NCBI GenBank assembly: GCA_048128005.1
Contig: JBEUKZ010000125.1
Coordinates: 434,001-498,000 of the forward strand
Direction of reading: 5' to 3'
From: Veleropilina oligotropha
Taxonomy: Eukaryota
DNA: 64,000 nucleotides
The notes below the pieces were generated by a model that saw only the letters and a list, made by a program, of their open reading frames with translations, was not told the origin of the DNA and searched no databases. Each line of letters starts with the position of its first letter. Position 1 is the stretch's first letter. The position numbers and the translations under genes were made by a program. This document shows positions 10,893 through 23,295 of the stretch, piece after piece.

Positions 10893-13142
10893 CTAGGGCC
10901 GAGGCTTCCCTATCCCGCTCTGCTTGCGGGATTTCGCTGGAGGTGCTTGCCTCTTTGGAGTGGGTTTATTGGCCGGAGGCCTACCACCCGAAGAGGGCTT
11001 CGCACGCTTAGAAGGCTTCGGGGCCGGGGTGGGCCCGGAGCGCTTCTTCGAGTTGGCAGGTGGACCCCGGGTGGGGAGCAGTACTGCCTTCTCGATGGCA
11101 CGGTCCTTAATGTCCGCCGCTCTCTTGTCAACAAACTCCGTGAAGTTGTCACCAAAGAGAGTGGTGGCCGAGCAAGGTACGCATCGCAACGAGCGCCGGG
11201 TGGGCTCGTCCAGCGAGGTACCTTCCAGGCAAGCATCCCTACGAAGTAGGAGGGCATTGCCCAGGACACGTCCCGTCTCCAACGCGCTGGTCTCCTGCGT
11301 GGCAGCAACCTCCTGGAGGAAGGACAGGGCAGCCTCGGTGGCGCCGGGTCCATTCTCCTGTAATACGGCTATCGCACCGTCTAGGAAAAAATCCTGAACG
11401 GACGATAGCCGCAGAGCCCGTCGGGCGGAGCTCTCGAAAGCTTCCAAGGCGGACCAAGGAACTTTCGCTACGGAGGGAGGGTGACTGGCGGTCAGTCGAC
11501 GCAACGAAGCGTCAACACGAGCCGGCTCAGTCGCCAGGCACGGGCCAGTGCATTCGAACGGGATCGCTCGAGTACTGGCCCGGAGGTACCTCCCACTACG
11601 GAACCCCGAAGGGAACTCGTTCAGCGGGGAGGACTCCACCGGATTGCGCCCCTGAACGAGCTTGGTGATCGAGTCTACAACAAGATCCACCAGCCCGGAC
11701 TGAGGTAAGGAGGGGAGCTCGGGGGCTTCCCTCGCAACAAACCGATGTGCTGCCGTCCTATGCTTGGCTACGTCTACAGCCGACCGAGTCGGTTCCGACA
11801 AGCCAAGCACCCCGCGAAGTGACGCAACAGCGTCGAGCCTTCGGCGGGTGGAGGAGGTCGGCTCCTGCGTGCCTGTAAGACTAATGTCTTCGGACCCGAC
11901 CGATTCAGGGAGGTCGGTGTGATTTGAACAGAGATCCTCGTCGGAACGAGGGTCGATGTCTATCACTGAGGCAGGAGCCGTGCTCTGCGCCATGGGCAGA
12001 AGTGTAGGTACCAGGTGCGGCTCGGGAGCCGTCGGCCAGGCCTTACACCGTTCCTCGATCCCCGCCGCGATCCATGCCTGGACGTTCTCAAAAGAGAAAC
12101 CCGGAGGCAGGACGGGCGACGAACTAACAGCCGGTAGTTCTGTCGAGGTAACCGTGGCGCTAGGTAGACGGGCTGCATTGACAGGTCGAACCGAGGACCA
12201 GGGTCCACGGGCACTTGTCGAGGGGTCGAACCCGAAGGACTGGCCCGGAGGCGCAGTCAGTGGGCCGGACGACCGATAGGACTGCGGCAACAGTTCTGAT
12301 CGGTCTACCACTCTGTTCGAGCGAGGCACGGACGGAAAACCGCCGTAGAACCCCGTCCCGAACGCAGCCGGTCTGTCCACGTTCTCTAGCGTGACCACGG
12401 TGGGTGCACGGGAGAGACCGGGCCCTCTGAATGTCTCGTGAGCTTCGAGGTTGAGCGGAAAACCCCTAGGGGAAGTCGCATCGTTCTCGACCGAGGATTC
12501 AGGTTTCGCCGATTGTCCGAGTCTTAGACCTACAAGTAGGTGCCCGGCCTCTTTAAAGGCTTTCTCTGCATTGGGTCTGTCACCGTAGGAAGACGGTGAG
12601 TTTCCCGCAGAAGGACTAACTGTCCCCTTATTCTTCGAGGCCGAAGAAAAGGATGGGGATGGTCTGCCCTGTACAGCTGTTCGCTGCGCTGTCATGTATA
12701 CCTTGCTAGCCGGCAAGGTATGGCTGACTGCAGCTACTAGGCCCGGTTTTGGAGGATCGGTCGACACTCGGGTCTTTACCTGAATCTTGGGTACCGGCAA
12801 GGTTTCGGTGACTCTCCCAAGAGTCGCGGAGGTTTCGCCGGTGGATCCGGCGACAGACGTCCCCTTGTGTCGGCTGTCGGCCAGCGTCCCTGAAGCAGAC
12901 AAAAAAGAAACGTTAGGTAACTTACCGGTCTCTTCCTGACCCTTCTCCGGGGGAGGACCCACCGTGGCAGTCGCCCTGGTCGACTTACCGTGGTGAGACA
13001 GGGTTGCCCACTGCTTATCTGATAGAAGAAAGCACAGATCACATTGATGATGTATACTACAGCTACGGTGAGTACAACATTCCTTGTGCCTATCAAATGC
13101 GTGAATTTTCTGGTTACACCCGGAGCTACTGCACCGGACCAT
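10893..13142 (-). CDS. DIRS ORF1 (gag-like) with N-terminal Cys/His cluster
   Basis: ATG at 13142 (TAGCTATG context shared with copy B). N-terminus RCSSSGC..RHKECCTHRSC...CDLC; C-terminal LLRRDACL...TLFG conserved with copy B; basic tail. Confidence 0.88.
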   Translation of the reverse strand: MVRCSSSGCNQKIHAFDRHKECCTHRSCSIHHQCDLCFLLSDKQWATLSHHGKSTRATATVGPPPEKGQEETGKLPNVSFLSASGTLADSRHKGTSVAGSTGETSATLGRVTETLPVPKIQVKTRVSTDPPKPGLVAAVSHTLPASKVYMTAQRTAVQGRPSPSFSSASKNKGTVSPSAGNSPSSYGDRPNAEKAFKEAGHLLVGLRLGQSAKPESSVENDATSPRGFPLNLEAHETFRGPGLSRAPTVVTLENVDRPAAFGTGFYGGFPSVPRSNRVVDRSELLPQSYRSSGPLTAPPGQSFGFDPSTSARGPWSSVRPVNAARLPSATVTSTELPAVSSSPVLPPGFSFENVQAWIAAGIEERCKAWPTAPEPHLVPTLLPMAQSTAPASVIDIDPRSDEDLCSNHTDLPESVGSEDISLTGTQEPTSSTRRRLDAVASLRGVLGLSEPTRSAVDVAKHRTAAHRFVAREAPELPSLPQSGLVDLVVDSITKLVQGRNPVESSPLNEFPSGFRSGRYLRASTRAIPFECTGPCLATEPARVDASLRRLTASHPPSVAKVPWSALEAFESSARRALRLSSVQDFFLDGAIAVLQENGPGATEAALSFLQEVAATQETSALETGRVLGNALLLRRDACLEGTSLDEPTRRSLRCVPCSATTLFGDNFTEFVDKRAADIKDRAIEKAVLLPTRGPPANSKKRSGPTPAPKPSKRAKPSSGGRPPANKPTPKRQAPPAKSRKQSGIGKPRP

Positions 13143-13925
13143 AGCTAAATACACGGGAGGGTGGACGTGGGTAGACGGGGTAGATAAATAGGTATATATA
13201 AGGTAGTTGAGACTTCTTTCCTTGGAGGGAGTACTACGACAACTCACAGAATTGTCCTGATCTGAAGATTAGAGATCAAGCGATATACCGTTATTAGAAC
13301 CCCGAACTGGGAACACCGAGGTCGGGTATTTTACCCGACCGACCCGGTAACCCGGCAAATTGACTAAAACAAAGGGGGGTTCTTTCCTCGAAAAAACCCG
13401 CCCAGAAAAACACCTGAAAACCTCGTGGATGTTTTAAGTTAGTACAATGGCGTATTATCCCAGCAACGGCAGGATATCAGAAGATTAACGCAAGCTTAAT
13501 ATCAAAAGATCCTGCCTTTTAACAACGCTAGAAATTTTTATATATATAATAAATAACCAGCAAATAGCGTTGTTAAGGAATTATCCAATATAATGAGTTA
13601 CCTGTTTTGCAGTCTCAAACAATATCAGATAATTATACAGACCAGAAATTTCAGCTACCACACGAAACTTTCCCTCTAAGCGGCCATCTTTAATGGCCAC
13701 TGGCGTCCTTGACGACGATGTCTGTTTCCTTTGATGTCCAGAACTTCCTCGAAGTTTTGAGAATCACTCTTCTTATATTCACATGTGTTTTATATCCACA
13801 ACACTGTTATATTCCACTACTTATATACTATATAAGTAGAAACTGCGCCCTGATTTAACGTGAAATCGGGCGCCTATATCGAAATATTTGCGGAGCAAAA
13901 ACAACGTCTTTCCGCGGCAGCGGAA

Positions 13926-14131
13926 AACTTTGAATTGATGTCATGTGACTTCTATTGTTCAGAAGTCTCACGAGACTTGGCGAAGTCTCGCTAGGGAACG
14001 TGGGGGGTAGGAGCAGGGGAGGTAACCGTGTGCTTTTTTGGCTTATAACGGTGCATTATGGGACATATTCACCATTTCCGGTTTGGGCGATAATATACTA
14101 TTATGGCAAGAGTAAGGACGTAAGTATGTTT
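13926..14131. repeat. DIRS copy A 5' inverted terminal repeat
   Basis: Reverse complement of 6713-6918. Confidence 0.95.
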
Positions 14132-15596
14132 GTAACTATATAAGAATGTTACACCTTGTGCTTGCACACTAAAGAACGAAATAAATAGTCCTGAACTACA
14201 TATAAACTCCATGGTCATTGCTCAGGAAGGTGACCCTGATAGCATATAATGACGTTTATGTACAGGCCTGAATGTTTACCTGGCCACTAAGTCATCTGAA
14301 CTAGCACAGGATCATTGAAGCAAGGCCATCTGCTTTTCCTTTGTTAAAACATCGAGTGCGTTTTCATCATGACAATTGTTCGTCGGCTAGCATACATGTC
14401 CGATCGTGCTTCATGTTGTGTGACAATATATTCACCGAATCAGTGGAAAATGTATCCCCAAATCCATAATACAAGCGTAATTTAGTTTGAATGTATGTAA
14501 AATATATCATGCCAGCATTTTACAGGGATTTGTGGCAGGCTCTAATGAAAGCAAACGCATTCTGTATATAACTATACAGGGTCGACTTGGAGTGTGCTTA
14601 GCTATGCATTGGCATATTATCCACAGCTCTTTGGTAGATAGACAGATATTCTTGCATAAAACATCTTGAGCCCTGTAATAGAGATGGGCATGCATGCCAG
14701 TGAAATAACCAGGCTATTTTCAGCTAAGATGACCAGTAGTTGTTATGTGCTGCAGAGCATCAATAAAGCAGAACGCTCTATCTAGCTGGATAGACCGCAT
14801 TATATAAAACACATGCTGGGCCCTGAACATGGATGCTGCATAGCGCAGGCCGCAAAGGCTAGACAATCCATGGCTCCGGGCCTTCTTTGTCAGCTTGGGG
14901 TGATTAGGTCAGCTGTGAGTTGATCGACTGTTAAGGTTGGAGTGATTCATCCGTTTGGATGGATTGGTGTGCGGTGCAAGCTGTACACTTGGACTAAATA
15001 ACCGGCTGTTTGCAGAGGAGTCACCGATATTGTACGGGTCTGATATGGGTGCCATTGATTAGTTATCTGTTAAATAGATCGGTTGTGCAACGCCGCCGTG
15101 CTGCTGGCTTGACATGCACATCGCAGTGTGCTCGCTACGTAACGTAACGTAGCTGGTACGTTTCAGCTCAGTAGAAACTATTTGCCTTGCTGCTCTAACG
15201 TATACGGTATATCATCGGATAGCACCCGTGACAACACCTATGGAAATATTACGTGGTTCGTTAGATATATCCATGAGATATGACTAGCAATAAAATGCAT
15301 ATTTATACCGACAATGATTATTTTAATGGATTAATCTGCATCATATGGATCAATATCTGTAAGGAGGCAAATAGGACGCGTATTAATGATATGACATCGA
15401 CAAATTAATAATGCATGATGCCTATATACGCAGCGTTGGTTTGATTACATGACTATTGATAATCTATACGGATGAATAGGTATAACCGTCGAGACCACTA
15501 TCTTAAGGGGACGCTTGTAACAACCAGGGCAGGCTGATAGCATTCCAATTATTTCAAGTGCAGTTGCATACTAATATATTCATAAACATTTCACAA

Positions 15597-16616
15597 ACAA
15601 GAGCTAAAGCTCGAAATGGCTCGCATGCATGGAACTGCACATAAATCACTTATATTTCATGAGTATGGTGTCTACATTCAATAGTAGATGACATTGTCAA
15701 TTTGAATTTTCCAAAATGGCTATTTGTATGCAGAATTTCAATTAAATTTTTTTCAATATTAAATGACAATGAAATAGTGATATCTGACAAAGGAAGATGC
15801 CCCAAAAATTTCTATGTCCAAAAGCATCATGTTATGGTAAAATTTGAATTAAACTAGACATATCACAGAAGTGATCATATGCCCCCCCCCCCCCCCCCGC
15901 AAAAGCACTTGACCCAGGAACAGGCTGCCAGCAGTGACCTACTTTTGGTACCCGACACACATTTGGGATATGAAGCATGCACACATCAAGTATCGTGTCC
16001 TTCGGTCAAATAGATTGGGAGATATGAAGCGGAAGGGAATTTTGGACCGAATGCGGTCAAGCATGGAAAGTAGGTCAGTGACCTACTTTTGGTACGCGAC
16101 ACATCTTTGGGTCATGACGCATCCATACATAAAGTTTCGTGTACCTAGGTCAAATAGCATGGGAGATATGCATGGAGTGGAAAGGAATTTTAGACCAAAT
16201 GCAGGTAAGCGTGAAAAGTAGGTCGTAGTGACCTACTTTTGGTACGCAAAAGACCTTTGGGTTAAGATGTATGCACACATCAAGTGTCATGCCCCTTGGT
16301 CAAATAGTATGGGAGATATGGAGCAGAAGGGAATTTTGGACCAAGTGCGATCAAGCGTGAAAAGTAAGATGCAGTGACCTACTTTTGGTACGCGACACAC
16401 CTTTGTGTGTTATTTATTTATGGTCAGATAACAATGAAATAGTGATATCCAACATATAGTAATGCTAAAACATGCATATTATTGCTTATATAGCTTGATT
16501 GAGAAACTTTAACCAAAAACATTAACAGGAGAATCAATTGTTGACGCCGGTCGGACGGACGGACAGACGACATGCTCATTACATAGACTCGCATTTGCAT
16601 TGCATGCGAGCCAAAA
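15597..16616 (+). mobile_element. Non-autonomous Helentron/HINE-like element carrying ~147-bp tandem repeats
   Basis: AACAAGAG start; subterminal TGGCTCGCATGCA / TGCATGCGAGCCA; GTGACCTACTTTTGGTAC at 15934, 16078, 16228 and 16374; (GACG)n microsatellite; 3' hairpin. Confidence 0.6.
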
Positions 16617-18578
16617 GTCAAACGTAGGAAAAGGAACGTCGTTGACAGACTGTTTTCTTGAGAAAGATACTATCGAGGTAATGTCTCTGATTTTGACATA
16701 ATTACACGTTGATTAAAGTAGGATTTAACGAAAGGAACGCATATTGCAATAGCTAGTGACAGGTCATCATAATTTGGTCAGTATGGACATCAAGGTCCAT
16801 AATATAGCAGCTCAATTTCTTGTTATTAATTATTCAGCCAAGTAATTATTCATATTTGGTGTAATATCGACACATAAAGAATCACATATATATATTTATA
16901 AACTTAAAATATGATCATTTTCATGTGTACGATTATGACTCCACTAAAGAAACACAAAATTATTACATCGATTATTATGGAATAAATTGTTCATGGAGCA
17001 CTACGTCATAAACCATCATTACGTGACCAAGGTCCGCAGCAGACGGACCGAAACGTCGTAAGCGTTTCGCAATTTTTTGTTTCAAAGTAAACCTATATTT
17101 ACTCGACTATTATGTTAAGCCTTGAAAGTCTTAGTGAGTATACACCATAATACACAACTGACATGAGATCATATTTGAGGTATCACATACGACAATTCTA
17201 TTCCATAGGTAATTGAAAGTTAAAAGTGTAAGAACATGTTTGATTTAGGATCCACACCTGCCCATTTACCTTTACAGATAAATATATTTCTCGATTGCTA
17301 GTATAATATTAATAACAGCCGTTATTCAGGGATTCAGGATATATATATACACAATGCAGGTTACACCAACCACCTCCAATCCAATAATGAAGATTTATTG
17401 ACTACCAACATTACATCGTTTCTGATTTAATACATCCAAGTCGTGCTGAAGAATATTACTGGGAATTGTCTGCATAGATATGTGCATCATTACCAGCACG
17501 TCGCGTCGATGAAGATTTTATAAACGTTAAGCTGGACAGGTTTATGCGCAGGAACTAGATGAATGCGTACTGCGCTCTATCAAAGTTCAGCTTCAAAGTA
17601 AGACGATAATGCTAGCTTTGTCTAAATGGATAGCATATTGATTTTATATTCTACATGCAGTTCAGGTGAAAACGTTACATGTATCTATCGATTAGATGAC
17701 TCCTCGTCAAACGGCCATGACGGCTGCGAATATGTCCGTGTCGCCGATGACGACGGAAATAATGACGACTCATATTCCGCGGCAGGTCTAGAATTGTCGA
17801 CGGACCACTGCTTTAGAATCTCCATCTCAACTGCACTAGAAGCTCTCGACTGCATCAGAAAGATGAAACCTTCCAGAACGAGATTTTTACATGTTATTGC
17901 ATTTTGTTATTTAAGTAAATGGCCACATTGTTTGTACGCCACAATATAATTACTAGTAAGTCTATTTCATGATGATATCATCAACCTATATTTGATAGCA
18001 TAACTAATGACATGTAGAATTAACATATTATTCCAGAAACATTCAAAAGCAACAGTGGCTGGGAGCCATAAAGATGGCATTTGATCAAAATTAACGTATT
18101 AAATATACCGGTACATAATACAGATTAATCAAAATTAGCAAATTATATAGATTACACTGTAATTTACAGTACTTAAAAAATGAAAAACCGCACTCCACAA
18201 TTATATAAAAAATATACAATATAATCAGAACTAACCTTATTATAAGTTGTCGAGTGACGTCGCGGTAAACACAGTGAATTGAATACCGCATGACGTTGCA
18301 CCACAATGCAATATCCGAGTGGTTTAAAATTATAAGGAATTCAATGCACAATGTTTACCGGGATGTTGCTCGACAACTGTCAACGTATTTATGCTATCCT
18401 GAACGAACAAACTCCTGACTTGGCTCACAACACTGGCAGTATGCGTTATTTATAATCATATCCGTGATGTATAGCACTGAAAATGGCAATTTTTACATTT
18501 GACTATTGCACACGACGACTTCAGTAATGCCTACTCGTGAGAACATTTTGATCGACAGGCGTCGTCAAAAAGAATTTT

Positions 18579-19803
18579 TCATTGTAGAGTGCACACAAGA
18601 AATATATTCAAAACAAAATGGCTGCCAGGGCGGCCACCTTGAATCCGAAAATGGTGAAAATCGATAGGTGTAGTGTCCTCATCATACCAAAAGTGTATAT
18701 CTAATTTCAATGAAATAGGATAAGAACTTTTCACTATAGAGCTCACAGAAATTATACCTTCAAAATAAAATGGCCACCACGGCAGCCATCTTGAATCCAA
18801 AAATGACGAAAATCGTTAGGCGGCATGTCCTCATCATAATGAAAGTGCATTACGAATTTGAATCAAATCGGAATAGAACTCTTCATTGTAGAACAGACAC
18901 AAGAAATATATTCAAATCAAAATAACCACGATGGCGACCATCTTGAATCCGAAAACGATGAAAATCGTAAGGAGGCGTGTCATCATAACAAACGTGTATA
19001 TTGAATTTGAATGAAATCGGATAAGAATTATTCAATGTAGAGCAGACACAAGAAATATCTTCAAAACAAAATTGACACCACGGCGGCCATCTTGAATCCA
19101 AAAATCATTAGGCGGCGTGTCCTCATCATTACTAACGTTCTTACCAAACTTGAATGAAATCGAAATAGAACTTTTCACTATAGAGCTCACACAATAAATA
19201 TCTTCAAAACAACAAAATGGCCACCACAGTGGCCATCTTGACTCCGAAAACGGAAAATATCGTTAGGCGGTGTGTCCTCATCATAATGAACGTGCATACC
19301 GAATTTGAATCAAATTGGAATAGAAGTCTTCACTGTTGAACAGACACAAGAAATATCTTCCCCAAAAAATGGCCACCATGGCAGCCATCTTGAACACAAA
19401 ACGACGAAAATCGTTCGACGGCATGTCCTCGTCATAATGAAATTGCATACTGATTTTGAATCAAATCAGAATAGAACTCTTCACTGTAGAGCGGATACAA
19501 GAAATATCTTCCAAACAAGATGGCCACCACGGCGGCCATCTTGAATCCAAAAATAATGAAAACCTTAGACGGCATGTCCACATCATAACGAACGTGCATA
19601 CCGAATTTGAATGAAATCGGAATAAAACTCTTCACCATAGAGCACACACAAGAAATTTCTTCAAAACAAAATGGCCCCCACGGTGGCCATCTTGAATCCG
19701 AAAACAACGAAAATCGTTAGGCGGCGTGTCCTCATGAAAACTAACTTACGTACCGAATTTGAATCAAATCGGATTAAAACTTTTCACTGTAGAGCGGACA
19801 CAA
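18579..19803. repeat. ~150-bp satellite-like tandem array, about 8 diverged copies (probably a HINE core)
   Basis: AAAATGGCCACCACGGCRGCCATCTTGAATCC recurs with a period of about 150 bp. Confidence 0.85.
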
Positions 19804-20819
19804 AAAACTTTAACCTAAAATTCACCTAAACTTCTATGTTCAAAGACACCATCATATTTTCATTAATTATATTAAATTTTATTAAATATCATTGCCAGAG
19901 TATCAGATGATATCCATATAACCTACAACAAAGCATATACATACACTAAAAGGTCCCTTGGACAACCCATATACACTCAACGAAAACTTTAACCAAATTG
20001 TTGAAGTCGGCGCAGGCATAAATATTGAAAACTTTGTAACAGTGGTTTTGGAAATTTGGTACTCTTCCATTTGCTTATGACGGTTTGTCACGTTAATTAT
20101 GGTAAGATTCGATTGTGCAGTGTGTCGCGGTGATACGAATCAAACCGAATTTCCAAAACCGGATTCGTATGTGGATTGAATTAGATCCGAATTTGGCGTA
20201 ACAGTCGCTTTGATGCAAATTGATTATTTTCCTAACAACGGTAATTAGAATCAATGTAAATGAAATAAAACCATATTTGGTGCAGCAACAGTAATATATC
20301 TCATACGGTATCAATAATTTAAAACATTTTTCAATTATTTAATTCAATTAAGCATGTCAAAAAGAGGCTATAATGATTTTAATCCAATCCGCGTAAACGT
20401 CCTTATGCATTGCTTCATCATTTAAACAACATACAATTTACATGTACATAGAAAAAAAGAGTAGACGGTTCACTTATTATCATATGATACTCTGTTGTTC
20501 CATGACACTTCAAAAGTAAAATGATCAAAATAAACCGACCACTAGTAATCGTTCTACATCATAAAATCGTATTGAAAATTGTTGTTTCTGGAGCCGCCAG
20601 GTAGTACAATAAAAAACAGCATGAATGTCTCCGAATGCTCTCGCTTGCCTGCTCTGATTCACAAGAGAGGGTCAAGTATTTGGCTGCCTCAGCACATGGT
20701 TTAATTAACTGTGACAATTAAGGGGGCGACTGGGCATAATATGGACATGTTGTGATAGGATCATTAAGCATCAACCAAAACAGTTGATTTTGGCAACAGG
20801 CAAATTAGTAAATTTATCA

Positions 20820-21083
20820 GGAGGGAGGAATGATGCTTAATGTCCTGTATATTTATAACATCGAGGTTCAAGGCAGTACATGTCCGTGTTATCGTGGGAG
20901 GAAACCCCGGTCGCCCGGGTAAACCCGCCCTCTTCGGCCAGTCACGGACAACTGTGATTCATAACTTGAACAAATTTCAATGCCTCAGCCAGGTATTGAA
21001 CCCACTACTGTTCGCATTAGCGGAATCAAACCAGTGAATTTAGAGTGGACACTCTTCTACCCACTGCGCTGCCGAAGCGGCCT
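20820..21083 (-). mobile_element. tRNA-derived SINE, same family as 5602-5865
   Basis: High similarity; imperfect TSD GTAAA(T/G)TTATC. Confidence 0.85.
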
Positions 21084-21520
21084 TGTAAAGTTATCCGATT
21101 TGCGATAAAGATATCCAAATCGACTTAATACAATCTTACTTGATACGGTAATTAAATATTATACCAAAGTCATGGTGAACTGAACTGAAGAATTGGTCAC
21201 TCCATGCTTAAATACATGAGTCAGAGGACAAGTACACTTCAATATCCGAGCAGAGCAAAGGAAATCTTGTATATTGAGAAAATTATTTAGTGATTTAAAT
21301 GTATAACAAGAAGTGAGGGAGCCACACATTATCCCATCGGGTTTGTCATAATTGATGGAGTGTACATTTTTATGTTGATAAAGAGGAATAATTGTGCACA
21401 TACTTCACGAAATTTTAGCAAAATGTAACATGACCCTGTGTTTTATTTGCAACACAGTCACAAGATGCGAACAATATCTGATGCGTGGTTATGAAGATAA
21501 TTGACGGAAACTAAATATCA

Positions 21521-22385
21521 ATGTCGAAAAAGGGAAAGTTTATATCGAAAAAGGGGGATAACTGTGCAAATATTTGGTGGATTAATCTGAAATTCAATAG
21601 CAACCTAATTTATGTCCCAATAAACCTGCATACCAAATTTGAATTCCCTAGGTCTTACGGTTTTCCTTATATCATGTTCACGTTGTTCGAAAAGGAAAGT
21701 TTGGCGAAAAAGGGGGATAACTGTGCAAATATTTGGCGGAATAATCTGAAATTCAAGAGCCACCTAGGTTATGTCGCAATAAACCTGCATACCAAATTTG
21801 AATCCCCTAGCTATTATGGTTTTCCTGATATCCTGTTCACGTCGTCCAAAACGAAAATTCTGTCAAAAACGGGGGATAACTGTGGAAATATTTGGTAGAA
21901 AAATCTGAAATTCAATAGCAACCTAGTTTATGTCCCAATAAACCTGCATAGCAAATTTGAATTGCCTAGCTGGTACGGTTTTCCTGATATCATGATCACG
22001 TCGAAAATGAAAATTCTGTCGAAAAAGGGGGGATAACTGTGGAAATATTTGGCGGAAGAATCTGAAATTCAATAGCAACCTAGTTTATGTCCCAATAAAC
22101 CTGCATACTAAAATTTTAATTCCCTAGCTGGTACAGTTTTCCTGATATCGTGATCACGTCGTCCAAAACAAAAATTCTGTCAAAAAAGGGGGATAACTGT
22201 GGAAATATTTGGCGGAAGAATCTGAAATTCAATAGCAACCTAGTTTATGTCCCAATAAACCTGCATACCAAATTTGCTGGTACGATTTTCCTGATATCGT
22301 GATGACGTCGTCGTTGGTCTATACGGATGGACGGACGGACGGACTACATAATCCCATCGTTTTGTCAAAACCGATGGGATAAAAA
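21521..22385 (+). mobile_element. HINE-like element: ~159-bp tandem array (5 copies), (GGAC)n and 3' hairpin
   Basis: GGGGGATAACTGTG at about 21553, 21712, 21871, 22028 and 22188; hairpin ATCCCATCG...CGATGGGAT before the A-run. Confidence 0.7.
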
Positions 22386-23057
22386 TGTTTTTAAAAATAT
22401 TCTCTGTATAACTTTAGATTCAACTATTCTAACATGAAAATTCAATAAATTTTAAGTCATGCAAATTAAATTGATAGGCAATCGATGAAATGACTTTTGC
22501 ATATTTGTATGTTCTTGGTACAGGTATTTACCTCTCTCCTATCTCCATGATTAATCCGATGACCAGATTATCGCCAATAATCCTCAAGATTATCAATTGC
22601 ACCCAGTGGATTATAGAATAGTCAACTATATTTATGTGGATGGTCAGCCCGAACGGTAGAAATAATATTAAGGACTAATAATCCATGTGCAAAATGCCTG
22701 CACTGGTGAGTTCATTATGGATTAGGTGTTCTTGTTATAAATCAGCGTTAATTTCTAAGATAAACTCTGCTCACGTTGTAAGCGATAGCAAACTTGAGTA
22801 CACGTGCTGTCGAAAGCATGAACCAAAGCATGCGTACTGAGTACTGAGTACTCAGTTGACAGTTAAGCGCTAGGAAGAAAGATTAAACAACAACGCAGAT
22901 TGACCGTCAGTTTTATACGAACAGTTTTTTAACTCAGACTGTCTGCAAAACAATACACGATTAAGATGGCCATCTTTAAAATTGAAAAGTCTGGAGAAGA
23001 TTTCCAGTACGATCGGGTGTTTTTATATAAATCTGGTTGCTTCTAAGTTTGAATGCG

Positions 23058-23295
23058 GAGGAGGACGAGGAGGAGGAATTATGCTTAATGTCCTGTATAT
23101 TTATAACATCGAGGTTCAAGGCAGGACATGTCCATGTTATCGCGGGAAGAAACCCCGGTCGCCCGGGTAAACCCACCCTCTTCGGCCAGTCACGGACAAC
23201 TGTGCTTCATAACTTGAACAAATGTGTGCTGCCTCAGCCGGGGGTCGATCCCACTACTGTTCGCGTCAGCGGAAACAAGCCAGTGAATTTAGAGT
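23058..23295 (-). mobile_element. 5'-truncated tRNA-derived SINE
   Basis: Same family, lacks the A-box; TSD AGTTTGAATGC on both sides. Confidence 0.85.

Larger units (their letters stand above)
6680..14142 (-). mobile_element. Full-length DIRS1-type tyrosine-recombinase retrotransposon (copy A)
   Basis: 206-bp ITRs, a 3' terminal extension, an ICR matching the end-to-end circle junction, gag plus RT/RH/MT plus YR ORFs, and no TSD. Confidence 0.96.

Noticed and set aside
10614..12279. Plus-strand ORFs within the DIRS elements
   Set aside because: GC-rich antisense shadows with no motifs; boundaries not consistently shared between copies.
17626..17949. 107-aa ORF as a host exon
   Set aside because: Slightly GC-rich but no recognisable domain or partner exons; unsupported.
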